From Octopus vulgaris (taxonomy: Eukaryota), in the NCBI GenBank assembly GCA_951406725.2, contig OX597842.1, positions 2,480,001 through 2,544,000 on the forward strand: a DNA stretch of 64,000 nucleotides, given 5' to 3'. Each line of letters begins with the position of its first letter. Positions within the stretch are counted from its first letter, which is position 1. Shown here piece after piece: positions 25,998-40,869 of this stretch. The translations under genes and the position numbers were made by a program. Under the pieces are notes generated by a model. That model was not told the DNA's origin. It made no database searches and saw nothing but the letters and a program-made list of their open reading frames with translations.

Positions 25998-26433
25998 GTG
26001 CCAAAATGCAAGCCCAATATTTATTCTAGCTTCTCACACTAGTTTGAAACCCACCAAAGTCAACTTGGCTGTTCATCCTTCTCTCTTTATTATCCCTATG
26101 TTCAGATTAATTTTCAAAAATAATTAACAATTCGGAGAGATTTAATAATATAATTAAAGTTTATTTTTTCTTAATTGAATTTGTGATTTTTAATTTAAAT
26201 TTACAAAATATCTCAGAGTGAAATTACGGAAGGTTTTCGTTTAAATATTAACATTTACAATTCTATCATGTTCAAAGTGTTGCTTCTCAGCCAATCACCA
26301 TAGTTAAACAGCATGAGGCTTAGATGGGGGTCTGCTTGGGGAATCTGGTAGCTGCATGTGCAATCTCTCAATCCCTTTGGTGGATATTTGGCAGTTGTTA
26401 AAGCAGGGATGAAATGCCATGTAGTGTATACTC

Positions 26434-26650
26434 CTTTACTCTTTTACTTGTTTCAGTCATTTGACTGTGGCCATGCTGGAGCACTGCCTTTAGTCGAGCA
26501 AATCAACCCCAGGACTTATTCTTTGTAACCCTAGTAATTATTCTATCGGTCTCTTTTGCCGAACCACTAAGTTACGGAGACGTAAACACACCACCATCGG
26601 TTGTCAAGCGATGTTGGGGGGGACAAACACAGACACACAAACACACACAC
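26434..26650 (-). mobile_element. SINE family A 3' half
   Basis: Consensus match. Confidence 0.85.
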
Positions 26651-26726
26651 ATATATATAAATACATGTACATATATATAAGAGTAAAAGAGAGAGAGTAT
26701 ATATACATACATATATATATATATAG

Positions 26727-26795
26727 TGAAGGCGCATGGCTCAGTTGTTAGAGCGTCGAGCTTACAATCGTGAGATTGTGAGTTCGATATCCTGG
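26727..26795 (+). mobile_element. tRNA-derived SINE head (family D)
   Basis: GGCGCATGGCTCAGTTGTTAGAGCG...GAGTTCGAT; related heads at 29335 (+) and 37490-37560 (-). Confidence 0.6.
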
Positions 26796-26796
26796 T

Positions 26797-27320
26797 ATTG
26801 AGAAAAATATTGCAGATGTGCATGCAGATGTGAGGGGAATCGTTGAATCAGCATCTGTGAGTTATCGGAGGATGTGCAGATTAGTTATGGTTCAGTTCAG
26901 TCCATTATCACTGAATATTTGAGTATGAGATGCATGTCTGCCAAGGTTGTGCCAAAACTGTTTTCAGCTGACCAAAAAGACACTCAGGTTTCAGTTGTAC
27001 AAGATCTCTTTGATTGTGTTGAGAACAATGAAAACTTTTCGAAAACTTTGTGTAGGCCTCTGAGCAAGTATCACCAAGCTTTTGGCAAAATTTGATGCAG
27101 ATTCTCTGCTCAACTTTCTCTGTCATTGTCAATGTGGCGATCACACGCAACACATGTTCCTTCCAAGCACTCCTATAAACAGCAGAAGTGAGCTAGAACA
27201 TTAAAACTTATTGCTCATGCACAGTAGAGTTGAAGATGAATTTGTACCCAGCAGCTTCACTCTGTGTGCTTTTGCTTCATTACTATGGCAACAATACGGA
27301 TACTTATTAATCAGACCACT
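26797..27320 (+). mobile_element. Second copy of the fold-back mariner family (left arm missing)
   Basis: SYGSVQSIITEYLSMRCMSAKVVPKLFSADQK, then inverted MTEKVEQRICIKFCQKLG and terminal GGATACTTATTAATCAGACC. Confidence 0.85.
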
Positions 27321-27908
27321 CACACACACACATACATATGTATGTATGTATGCATATTATATGTATGTATGTATATATATGTTTATGTGCATTTATGTAC
27401 ACTCATCACTTCATTCAGAAGCAAACTTTGATATTTAAAAGGAAATGAGATAATACAGGAATTGACTTAATTCCATCATCAAGTTTACCATTTTTATGTC
27501 CGGGTTCTTTCAGCTTTCTATATGTGTGTGTGTGTGTGTATGTGTGTGTGTGTGTGTGTATACACATACACACACATAAAAGGTATTTCACACTGTTATT
27601 GATAATGACAATTGTGCAAGAGGTATGTTCCTATTTGCATTACATGTATACACACATATATATATACATACATAGATACATGAACGAATATATATGAGCA
27701 TACCTGTATACACAAACACTTACTCATATATCTTTATGTATAACCTCTGTGTATCTCTGTGCGCCTTTCTGTATAAGTACATGTACATATGTCTATGTAT
27801 ATGTGTGTGTGTGTACATATATATATATAACATGTTCATAAATTCCTTTTACAGTTTAATACAATACATAATGGAAGTTATAAAGATAATTTGTGGACAC
27901 ATTGGATA

Positions 27909-28413
27909 TCTATATATATAAAACTCTAGTTGTGTGAGTGTCTGTCCCCTTCGATTTAGATTCCTAACTCCTCCCACATTTTGCGGTGCAGTTTAACCAA
28001 ATTCGGGTATCTTATAGTCATGATTCATATCGAGCCCGTCTGACTATTAGCGCGCGTCAACGATGAGTCTACGATTTTAAAAATAATTTAACATCATTTT
28101 TTATTCCATTTTAATGCATAAAATGCATCGTATGTCGATGGCGGCGGAGTTGGCGTCCATGCTCACAGCTGCACCTGTTTGCTTCTCCCCCTTCCCTCCC
28201 TCGTGAAGCTGTGGGGAAGGGAGTGTAAGGAAATCAACGTCGTAATGCGTTGTGAAGGAAACCAGCGTTCTTTTAGAACAACGACTTCATGGCTTGAAGA
28301 CACCAAAACAAAAATGGCTAAGAAAGCCCGAATTTATAAGGGAAGTAACTCTCTAAAAATGCTTATATAGTTATTTCCCTTACAAACCCGAGCAACGCCG
28401 GGCGATACTGCTA

Positions 28414-28414
<1 letters not shown>
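27909..28414 (+). mobile_element. Non-autonomous Helitron
   Basis: A|TC 5' end; subterminal hairpin CCCGAGCAACGCCGGG (28387-28402); CTAG|T 3' end; no TSD. Confidence 0.85.
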
Positions 28415-28455
<41 letters not shown>

Positions 28456-28458
<3 letters not shown>

Positions 28459-28790
28459 TCTTTTACTTGTTTCAGTCATTTGACTGTGGCCATGCTGGAG
28501 CACTGCCTTTAGTCGAGCTAAGTTACTGGGAAGTAAACACACCAACATCGGTTGTCAAACGATGCTGGGGGGTGGGGGGCAAACATAGACACAAAAACAT
28601 ATACACACACACATACATATATATACAATATAGACAATGGGCTTCTTTCAGTTTCCGTCTATCGAATCTACTCACAAGGCTTTGGTCAGCCCGAGGCTAT
28701 AGTTAGAAGACACTTATCCAAGGTGTCACACAGTGGGACTGAACCTGGAACCATATGGTTCGTAAGCAAGCTACTTACCACACAGCCACT
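28456..28790 (-). mobile_element. SINE family A, internally deleted
   Basis: Consensus match lacking the central ~50 bp. Confidence 0.85.
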
Positions 28791-28999
28791 ATATATATTT
28801 ATATATATGTATATATACCTATACTGTGTATATATAAGTAACTGTTCTTGTGTGTATATATATATATAAATACCTTGTCAATGACGCTGAAAAAGGAAAG
28901 TTAGAGTCTTGCATTAATATCATCTGATGCCAAATTTCACAGACATCTTCAGTTAGGAATCTATCAATCAGCCAATCATTCTGGGGTGATGGTCACAGT

Positions 29000-30140
29000 G
29001 GGGATGGTAGTCCTGAAAGTTGTGGTGGTGGCTTTTTTGTTGTTGGTGTTTGTGTTGTATTGACAATACTGGTAGGGTGGTGGTGTTGGTGGTGGTGGTG
29101 GTTGAGGTTGTGATAGTGATACTGATAGTTAGGGTGCCAGTATTTTTGTTGTTGTTATTGTTGTTGTATTGATAGTGGTGGTGTTCATCGTCATGTTGGT
29201 GTACTGCCATGTTGTGTCCATTGGACATAGTTGTGGCGAAGGTTATTTTGGTAGTGGTGGTAATGTTTATTGAAGGTATAATGGTGGTTGTGATGATGAA
29301 GATGATGATGACAATGATGGTGATGAGGCTGTCAGGGGCGTATGAGTTTAGTGGTTAGAGTATTGCCCTCACAATCTCAAGATCATGGTTTCAATTCCTA
29401 GACCGGGTGGTGTGTTGTGTTCTTGAGCAAAACACTTCATCATCATCATCAGTGTCACTATTTTCATCATCATTGTCATCACCATCATTTTCACCACCAC
29501 CACCACCATTATCATCATCATCATCATCATCACCACCACCATTAGCATCATCACAATCAAAACCACCATCAGTAATAATAATAATACTGTTGTTCCCAGC
29601 TTGCAACCACCACCACCACCACCACCACCATCATCACCATCTTTATCCTCATTATCAGCATTATCATTGTTCTTGTTTGTTCTCCTTATCATCATCATCA
29701 TAATCCTCATCGCCATCCTCCTCTACCCTAACCACCATTATCACCATCATCATTGCCGTGATCACCATATTCAATGTTATCATCAGAACTACAATCGTCA
29801 CCATCATCACCATCATAATCATCATCATCATCATCATCATTACTATTACCAGTACTACTACCACCATTGTCAACATCACCATCATTATCATCACCACTTC
29901 CATCATCTGCATCATTCCAATCATCATCATCATCAGTCATCACAATCAACATCACCATCGTCATCGTTATCGCTGTAAACATCTTCATCATTGTCATCAC
30001 CATCTCCATCATCATCATCATCATCATTGCCTTCATCATCATCATCATCATTATCACCACCACCACCACCACTGTCATCACCCTCATCAATTTCATTATC
30101 TTCGCAATTAGCCCTGTCAACTCCCTCCACCACCACCACC
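29000..30140. repeat. (GGT/GTT)n then (CAT/CAC)n tracts
   Basis: Direct reading. Confidence 0.9.
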
Positions 30141-30404
30141 AACGTCCATGTCCACCAAAAATTGGAGTTTCCGAGATTCCCCGGTGTCACATTCTTGGCA
30201 ATATTGTCTCCTTAGCCTCCACCCTCCGCTCCCATACCACTCTCCCCACCTCCTGCCTCTTTGTCCAGGTGGCGCCCTCTTTTCAAGTCTCGTTTTAAGA
30301 TGACATGGCACTCAAAGAATTTGCTGCTCACCGATTTTTGCTTTGCTTTGGTTTTCGGATTTTCAAACTTTCTTTCATCAGACTCCACTCTCACTCCATC
30401 TCTC

Positions 30405-30461
30405 ACTCCATCTCTCTCTCTCTCTCTCTCTTTTTCTTTCTCTTTGTACATGTATGAGACT

Positions 30462-30506
<45 letters not shown>

Positions 30507-30808
30507 GTGTATGTGTCGATGTTCTTTTATACATGTGTGTGTATATGTGTGTGTGTATATATCATGTATGTATATATATGTGTGTCTGTGCATATATATG
30601 TATATGTGCATGTATATGTATATACATATATATATAGGTATATATCTATCATTGTATATGTGTGTGTGTGTTGTGTGTATATATATATATATGTATGTAT
30701 CCGTATATGTATGTGTGTGTGTATATACACACATATATATGTATATGCATACATATATGTATGTGTGTGTGTATGTTTATACACATATATAGAGTGTATA
30801 TATGTGTG

Positions 30809-30873
<65 letters not shown>

Positions 30874-30980
30874 CATATAAAATGGGTTATAATCAAATTT
30901 TTCTAGTCTTTTGCTTTGGTATATATTTATATATATATATACACACACACTATATACATATATATATATATATACACATA

Positions 30981-31023
<43 letters not shown>

Positions 31024-31085
31024 CACACACATACACATATATATGTATGTATGCATATACACACACATTCACACACACACATACA
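30405..31085. repeat. (TC)n/(TA)n/(TG)n/(GA)n compound microsatellite
   Basis: Direct reading. Confidence 0.95.
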
Positions 31086-31339
31086 TCTTCATCTTACCTT
31101 TAATGGGTTTTTTACACTTTTCGTACAGTTTCCATCCTAACGTCTTCATCTCTGACACCGATTAATCCCCACCACACCTTCACTCCCTCCAACCAACCCA
31201 CCCACCCCGTTCCCCGCTCCCTCCACACTAATTAACAACTGGTATTAAGCTATAAATAATTACTCCCACATCGGCTGACGATGTCAAAACTGACTGAAAC
31301 CTCACTCCTCACCAATCACACAGAAGACTGGGGGAAAAT

Positions 31340-32088
31340 GGGTAATGGTGGTAGTGGTGGTGGTAGTTGTAGTAGTGGTGATAGTGGTGGTGGTGGTGGT
31401 GGTGGTTGTGGTAGTGATGGTGGTGGTCATGATAGTAGTTGTGGTGGTGGTAGTGGTGATGGTGGTGGTAGCGATGGTGGTAGCAGTGATGGTGGTAGTG
31501 GTGGTGGTAGCGATGGTGGTAGTGGTGGCGGTGGTAGTACTGATGGTTGTAGCGGTGGTAGCGGTGGTGGTAGTGATAGTGGTAGCAGTGGTGGTAGTGA
31601 TGGTGGTAGTAGTAGTGGTAGTAGTGGTGGTGATGGTGGTGGTGATAGTGGTGGTGGTGATGGTAGTAGTGATGGTGGTGGTGGTAGCAGTGGTGGTGGT
31701 GATAGTGGTAGTTATAGCAATCATAATAGTAGTAGAGTTTTGGTTCTGGTTGTGTTGGAGATGGTAATAGTAGTAGTAGTACTGGTGGTGGTAGTAGTAG
31801 TGCTGGTGGTGGTTATAGTAGTAGTGGTGTTGGTGGATGTAGTGGTGAAGATCATAGTAGTTGTAGTATGAACAATAGGTAGCAGCAGCAGTAGTAGTAC
31901 TTGTTGTAGTAGTGGTAGTGGTGGTAGTAGCTGTAGTAGAGTTTTAGTTGTGTTGGTAGTAGGGGTGGTAGTGTTGGAAGTAGTAGTAGAAGTAACAACA
32001 GCCGTAGTAGTAAAACTTTAGTTGTGGTGGTAGTAGTAGTGGTTGTAGGATTAGTAATAGTAGTAGTAGTGTTGGTGGTGGTAGTAGT
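31340..32088. repeat. (GGT/AGT)n tract
   Basis: Direct reading. Confidence 0.95.
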
Positions 32089-33184
32089 ATGGAGGTGGTA
32101 TCAGAAAGTTCCCAGCCGAGTTATGTTCAATAAAAACTAATTTATTTACCAAAGTTTTAACATCATCCCCTTTGAAATAGTCCCTTTGTACAGCAATACA
32201 CTGGCCCCAGTGTTCCTGTCACTTTTAGAATCCAGCCTGGAAGTCATTTTCTGTGAGTTGAGGGCCTTCTGCAATTCACTTGGGATCTCAACAGCATTGT
32301 TAAAACAGCAATTTAGGGGCTGTGTTTTCGTCTTGGAGAAGAGATGGAAGTCTGTAGATTCTAAATCTGGCAAGAAACTCACAAGTAAGGAGAGCTTGAT
32401 GACAGGGTGCTTCGTCATTGTAAAGAATCTTGTTCTACTTGCTTTTGGAATTGTCCCCTTGTACAGCAATACACTGGTACCTGTGTTCCTGTCACCTTTG
32501 GAATCCAGCCTGGTAGTTGTTTTCTGTAAGCAAATCAAGGACCTGCGATTGATTTTTGATACTTTTTACTCTTTTACTTGTTTCAGTCATTTGACTGTAG
32601 CCATGCTGGGGCACTGCCTTTAGTCAAGCAAATTGACCCCAGGACTTATTCTTTGTAAGCCTAGTACATATTCTATCAGTCTCTTTTGCCGAACCGCTAA
32701 ATTACGGAAACGTATACACACCAGCATCGGTTGTCAAGCGATGTTGGGAGGACAAACACAGACACACAAACACAAACACACACACATATATATATATACA
32801 ATGGGCTTCCTTCAGTTTCCGTATACTAGATCCACTCACAAGGCTTTGGTCAGCCCGAGGCTATAGTAGAAGACACTTGGCCAAGGTGCCACGCAGTGGG
32901 AATGAACCCAGAATCATGTGGTTGGTAAGCAAGCTACTTACCACACAGCCAATCCTGCACCTACAACGATGTTAAAACAGCAACTTTAGAACTGCATTTT
33001 CATCTTGGGGAAAAGATGAAAGTCTGCAGATGCTAAATCTTGTAAATAGGGTGGGTGCCAAAGTGTCACTCAACACACTGCCTCATCAAGATCACTACTA
33101 TCCCTCACTGCAGAGGTAACCATGTGCTGCCATCTGTTGGTGCACTACAGAACCAGTCCAGCAACTTTTTGATACCACCTCGTA
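32088..33184 (-). mobile_element. Internally rearranged mariner derivative with both terminal repeats, containing SINE A (32562-32962, minus)
   Basis: TATGGAGGTGGTATCAGAAAGTT versus rc TACGAGGTGGTATCAAAAAGTT; PDLESTDFHLFSK remnant; internal duplication of 32175-32360. Confidence 0.8.
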
Positions 33185-33267
33185 GTTGTACAGATTTCAT
33201 CATGGGGACAATAGTAATGGTTGTAGTAGAAGTAGTAGTGGAAGTGGTGTTGGTAGCAGTTGTAGTC

Positions 33268-33740
33268 ATCATCATCACAATCATTGTTTAACATCCACTT
33301 TCCATGCTAGCATGGGTTGGACGATTTGACTGAGGACTGGCAAACCAGATGGCTGCACCAGGCTTCACTCTTGATCTGGCATGGTTTCTACAGCTGGATG
33401 TCCTTCCTAATGCCAACCACTCTGAGAGTATAGTGGGTGCTTTTACGTGCCACTGGCACGAGGGCCAGTCAGGCGGTACTGGCAACAGCCATGCTCAGAT
33501 GTTTTTTTTTTTATGTGCCACCTGCACAGGAACCAGTCCAGCAGCACTGGCAACGACCTCCCTCGAATGTTTTTTCACATGCCACCGGCACGAGTGCTAG
33601 TAAGGCAACGCAGGTAACGATCATGCTCAAATGGTGTTTTTAACGTGCCATCGGCACAGAGGCCAGCTTGTTGCTCTGGCAATGAGTAACACTCATATGG
33701 TACTCTTAGCGCTCCACTAGCTTGGATGCCAGTCATCGAA
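33268..33740 (-). mobile_element. Family C element with internal ~50-bp tandem repeats
   Basis: CATCATC..TTTAACATCCACTTTCCATGCTAGCATGGGTTGGACG...; repeated TTTT(T)ACGTGCCACCGGCAC..GCCAGT. Confidence 0.8.
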
Positions 33741-33829
33741 TTTGATAGTTGATGTAAATAAGGCTATTTCTTACTGTTGTGGATTTCCAGGTTTTCTACT
33801 TATTTTTGAAATATATTTTGGTCACATTT

Positions 33830-34290
33830 ATGACTGTGAGGTTAAGAATCATGTTTCCCAACAGCATGGTCCTGAGTTCAGTCCCACTGTGTGGCACCTT
33901 GGGCAAGTGTCTTCTACTATAGCCTCAGGCTGACCAAAGCCTTGTGAGTGGATTTAGTAAACGGAAACTGGAAGAAGCCCATCATATATGTATATATGTA
34001 TGTGTGTGTGTGTGTATTTTCTATCAAATTCTTTTGCTGAACTGCTAAGTTACGGGGACATAAACACACCAACAATGGTTGTCAAGTGATGGTGGGGGGG
34101 ACAAATACAGACAAACACACACACATATATGATGGGCTTCTTTCAGTTTCCATCTACCAAATCCACTCACAAGGCTTTGGTTGACCCATGGCTACAGTAG
34201 AAAGTACAACGCAGGTACCACGCAGTGGGACTGAACCTGGAGCCATGTAGTTGGGAAGCAAGCTTCTTACCACACAGCCACACCTGCACC
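33830..34290. mobile_element. Two SINE A pieces in inverted orientation (33830-33985 plus, 34020-34290 minus)
   Basis: Consensus match on both strands. Confidence 0.8.
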
Positions 34291-34599
34291 AATGTGTGTG
34301 TATGTATGAACTTATATATATGTATATTGTCATCGTTGTTTACACATCTACTTTTTCATGCTTGCATGGGTCAGAGGAGAATAAGAATAGGGGCCAAGTT
34401 TCCTTTGGCCATTTGCCCTTCCTGTCATCAACCCCTTAATTGTTTGAAAGCCAGGTAATAATTTCCCAGTGCGTCAAACAAACAGCTTGGACATGTTTTA
34501 TGCAGAGAACTGGAATGGAATGACATCGTATGGATTAGTCCTTTGTTTAGAAAGATTGTTTAGGGATCAGCAAACGTGAAGGAAATATGAACTAGTAAT

Positions 34600-34696
34600 A
34601 GTATAGGTGGTAGTAGTTGTAGTGGTGGTGGTCATGATTGTAGCAGTAGTGGTAGTGGTGGTGGTGGTGGTGGTGGTGGAAATAATAGTTGTTATG

Positions 34697-34750
<54 letters not shown>

Positions 34751-34993
34751 TTGGTAGTAGTGGTGGTGGTGATGGTGGTATTAGTTGTGGTGTTAGTAGT
34801 AGCAGCAGTGGTGTTGGTAGTAGTGGTGGCAGTAGTAGTAGTAGTAGTTGTGATGGTGGTAGTAGTAGTGGTGTTGGTGGTGGTAGTAGTGGTGTTGGTG
34901 GTAGTAGTTGTGGTGGTGGTGGTGATGGTAGTAGTATTACTAGTTGTAGTAGTGGTGGTAGTGTCATGATAGAAATAGTTGTGGTAGTAGTGT

Positions 34994-35029
<36 letters not shown>

Positions 35030-35122
35030 AAATTGGTGATGGTAGTGGTGGTGGTGGTGATCATGATGGTAACAGCAGTGGTGGTGGTGGTGGTAGTGGT
35101 GTTGGTGGTAATAATGCATATT

Positions 35123-35153
<31 letters not shown>

Positions 35154-35530
35154 CTGGTGTTGTTACTGTCCTTACTGCAGCTACTGCAACCTTATTACTC
35201 TGTCTGTCTGTGCGTCTGTGTAGTGAGGGAAGAAACAGTGTCCCCCTTTTTGCTGACATCAGGTGCGACTCCCTAATGAAGTGGCATGCAGGAAGGTAAA
35301 GAGCTGGTCCCTGAAGGGGACAGTGGGCAGGGGTGGGCAGTCGGTGTAAGTTTGGGGTGGTGATATGTATGCTTCCCTCCCTAAATTTTTGTGGAGCCTG
35401 AGTGGGGGGGGGGTAGTTGGGGCAGGGGCTCATTCATGTCTTGCTCTTATAACGCACACACACACACACACACATAAGCGCGCACACATACATATCTATA
35501 CACATACAGATGCACACAGATACACACACA

Positions 35531-35581
<51 letters not shown>

Positions 35582-36320
35582 TTGCACACACACACCTATA
35601 TATATACACACTTGCACACACACACCTATATATATATATATATACTTGCACATACACATAAATACACATGTGCATATTTATACACATACACACACAGAGG
35701 CATGGACATACACAGCACATATACATATGCACACACACATGCTCATATATGTACATATACACACATGCGTGGACACACATCATATACACACATATATAAG
35801 TACACACACATGCATACATACATGCACACCACACAATTGCACAAGCACACACACATATATATACAAATGCATACACACATGTATGACACCCGCACATTCT
35901 CATTATCATAATTAACATCATAATCATCACCATCATCACCATTGTCATGGTTATTATCATCACTTAATTACTGGAGGTGGTGGTGAACTGGTTTAACACC
36001 CTTACCCACCTCCTGTTTCCCTCCCTCTCTTTCCACATTCACCACCATCATCATCATTCTCATCATCATCATCATCATCACCACTACCACCATCAGCCTC
36101 ATTACCCACCCCCACTGTTGCCAGTATTATCTTCATCACGACCATCATCACCATCATCATCATTACCATCACCACCACCACCACCACCTTACAACTCCAA
36201 TTATAATAGTCACCATAATCTACATTTTTCCTCACCATCACCCTAATTCTTTCCATTTATCAGCATAGCCATCATCGGTCATCATGATCATCATTGTTGT
36301 CATTACCACCACCACGATGA
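34600..36320. repeat. (GGT/AGT)n, (CA/TA)n and (CAT/CAC)n tracts around a unique island at 35200-35450
   Basis: Direct reading. Confidence 0.9.
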
Positions 36321-36639
36321 CCATATACCGGAACCTAGGGTTTCATGTCATCCAAGCAAGGTAATATTTCACCATGGACAGATATGTTTTTCATGGAAGA
36401 CTTGAAATAAACAACCTCACTTATATGACAGTGATGCTCATTTACAGCCACCATGTGATGCCTAGACAAGATAATACACAAACACACACACACACACACA
36501 TATGCATTCACACATATGCACACTATCTCTCTCTAACATCATTTTGTATTTCTCTCTCTCTCTCTCTTTCACTACATAATGTGCATATATATATATATGA
36601 CCACCACTGTCCAGCCATCGCCATGATTGACCGCTAGCT

Positions 36640-36810
36640 ACTAAAGCTTTCTTTTCTATTCTCTCTCTCTTTACTTTCTCATGTTCCTCTCTGCTGAAGA
36701 GCGTAGGCTCAAAATGTAAAAGACTTACCTTCCCAAGCATTAAACTAATACACCTGTTTGTTGTTTACACACCTGTCTTAGTCTTTTGGTTTTTGTAAAT
36801 TCCGACTATA
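36640..36810 (+). mobile_element. Penelope-like terminal fragment
   Basis: CTGAAGAGCGTAGGCTCAAAATGT; homologous inverted copy at 42805-42910; ends in (TA)n. Confidence 0.5.
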
Positions 36811-36817
36811 TATATGT

Positions 36818-36850
<33 letters not shown>

Positions 36851-36972
36851 GATGTGTGTGTGGCCTGCTTGCTTAGCCGGCGGGGTGGTATCACTTGAAG
36901 GCTAAAACAGTGCAAAGCGCATTGTGACCAGCGATGTGTAGCAACATCTGATGGCCTGGTCGGTCACAGTGA

Positions 36973-37005
<33 letters not shown>

Positions 37006-37684
37006 TTATATATGTATATATATATCCTTTTAGTTTGTTTAGGCAGAATGCTACCGAGTGCACTTGTAAAAGCTCTTATGCTTCTTGTTATTAGCTACCA
37101 CTTCCAGAATAATCCAATGGGGTGGTTATACATGCAGAACTCCTTACAACTGAGGGTAAATATAGTAATAATGAAAATGACTTGTGGATGGAAATTTATA
37201 TACTTTATTAATGTATTGCAACATACGTTTCGGCATAGCACATGTTCGTTTGTGAGGACATTGTCATATCCATAGGATATCATTAAATATTATCTATGAT
37301 ATATATATATGAATCTTGACACAGAGTGTGACAAGGCTGGCCCTTTGAAATACAAGTACAAACAGAAACAGGAAGAAAGCGTGAGAGAAAGTTGTGGTGA
37401 AAGAGTGCGGCAGGGTTCACCCCCCCCCCTGCTGGAGCCTCGTCGAGCTTTAGGTGTTTTCGCTCAATAAACACTCATAATGCCCAGGTTGGGAATCGAA
37501 ACTGCGATCCTATGACCGTGAGTCTGCTGCCCTAACCACTGGGCCATTGTACCTCCACACTTTATAGTTAATTGGGTGCTTTTTACTTGACACCAGCACT
37601 GGTAAGGTTTGGTTTGGAACACAAAGTCTGCAGCTGGATGCCCTTCCAAATGCCAGCCACTTAACAGAGTGCACTGGGTGCTTG

Positions 37685-37945
37685 TTATGTGGCTTTTTCC
37701 AGGATATCGTTTCTGTTGTGGTGGGCAGGTCTTCTTGAGTACAGCATGGTGTGGGATAGCTTGTTCTTTGTTATCTCCTTTGTAAGGTCCAGAGTTTTGA
37801 GATCAGCCTTCAGTACTTCGTCCCATGTCTTCCTGGGTCTCCCTTTTCCATAACTTCTCTCCACTTTAAGTGATTGGCATTTCTTTATGCAACTGTCCAA
37901 GTCCATCCAAATCACATGACCAAACCAGTGCACCTGTATTTTCAT
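37685..37945 (-). mobile_element. RTE-clade LINE ORF2 3' end
   Basis: WFGHVIWMD..CIKKC....KGRPRKTWDEVLKADL, canonical RTE C-terminus; continues into a family C-like tail (37570-37685). Confidence 0.85.
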
Positions 37946-38162
37946 CTATTTATGTATTTGTTAATATCTTTTACCTGTTTCAGTCATTGAACTGCAACTA
38001 TGCTGGGGTAAGGTAAAAATTTCAACTAAGGGTTGGTGGAGTTGCTAGAGAGACAGCAAGAATGCCTTACTGTATTAATTTCAAATCACTGAATCAGGGG
38101 TTCAAACCACCTCACAGATGACTTCGTCTTTTATCCTTCCAGGGAATTAATAAACTACCAGT

Positions 38163-38398
38163 TTCTTATTTCTTTATTGCCCACAAGGGGTTAAACAAAG
38201 AGGGGACAAACAAGAACAGACGAATGGATTAAGTCAATTACATCGACCCCAGTGCGTAACTGGTACATATTTAATCGACCTCGAAAGGATGAAAGGCAAA
38301 GTCGACCTCGGCGGAATTTGAACTCAGAACGTAGCGGCAGACGAAATACCACTAAGCATTTCGCCTGGCGTGCTAACGTTTCTGCCAGCTCGCTACCT
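38163..38398 (-). mobile_element. SINE family B, full length with TSD
   Basis: TTAATAAACTACCAGT at 38147-38162 and 38401-38416. Confidence 0.88.
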
Positions 38399-38689
38399 TG
38401 TTAATAAACTACCAGTCTCATACTGGGGTTGATTCTTCTTATTTACACACACACACACATAGATATGCACACATACACATGCGTTCTCTCCAGGTATGTC
38501 TCTTACCTTCACATTGTCTCTTTCTTTCTCTCACTCAGCCATACAAACACATTCTTTCTATCTTATTCATTCAAACACATACATACATGCATGCACGCGC
38601 AATGCACACTGCTCTTACACATGCACATACATATATATTTTCTCTGTGTTTCTCACCCTCACACATTCACCTTATCTTTCTTTCTGTCT

Positions 38690-40850
<2,161 letters not shown>

Positions 40851-40869
40851 TTTTTCTCTTAGCAACAAA

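Larger units (their letters stand above)
20135..26320 (+). repeat. Dispersed direct copies of a ~230-bp AT-rich unit (20135-20360, 21788-22035, 24385-24530, 26095-26320; partial at 22820-22900)
   Basis: Shared GAGATTTAATA.AATAATTAA...TTAATTAAATTTGTGATTTTAATATAAATTTACAAAG...TGAAATTTTGATGGAAAG. Confidence 0.8.

Noticed and set aside
25691-26127. ORFs in the GC-rich dimer (for example YVQPCWLP, protease-like)
   Set aside because: Frames are not conserved between the two units; the motif is too short.
26727-26795. tRNA gene
   Set aside because: A/B boxes present but no acceptor stem; it is a SINE head with relatives elsewhere in the window.
31281-31871. Gly/Ser-rich ORF with hydrophobic tail
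   Set aside because: Entirely (GGT/AGT)n-derived and open in multiple frames.
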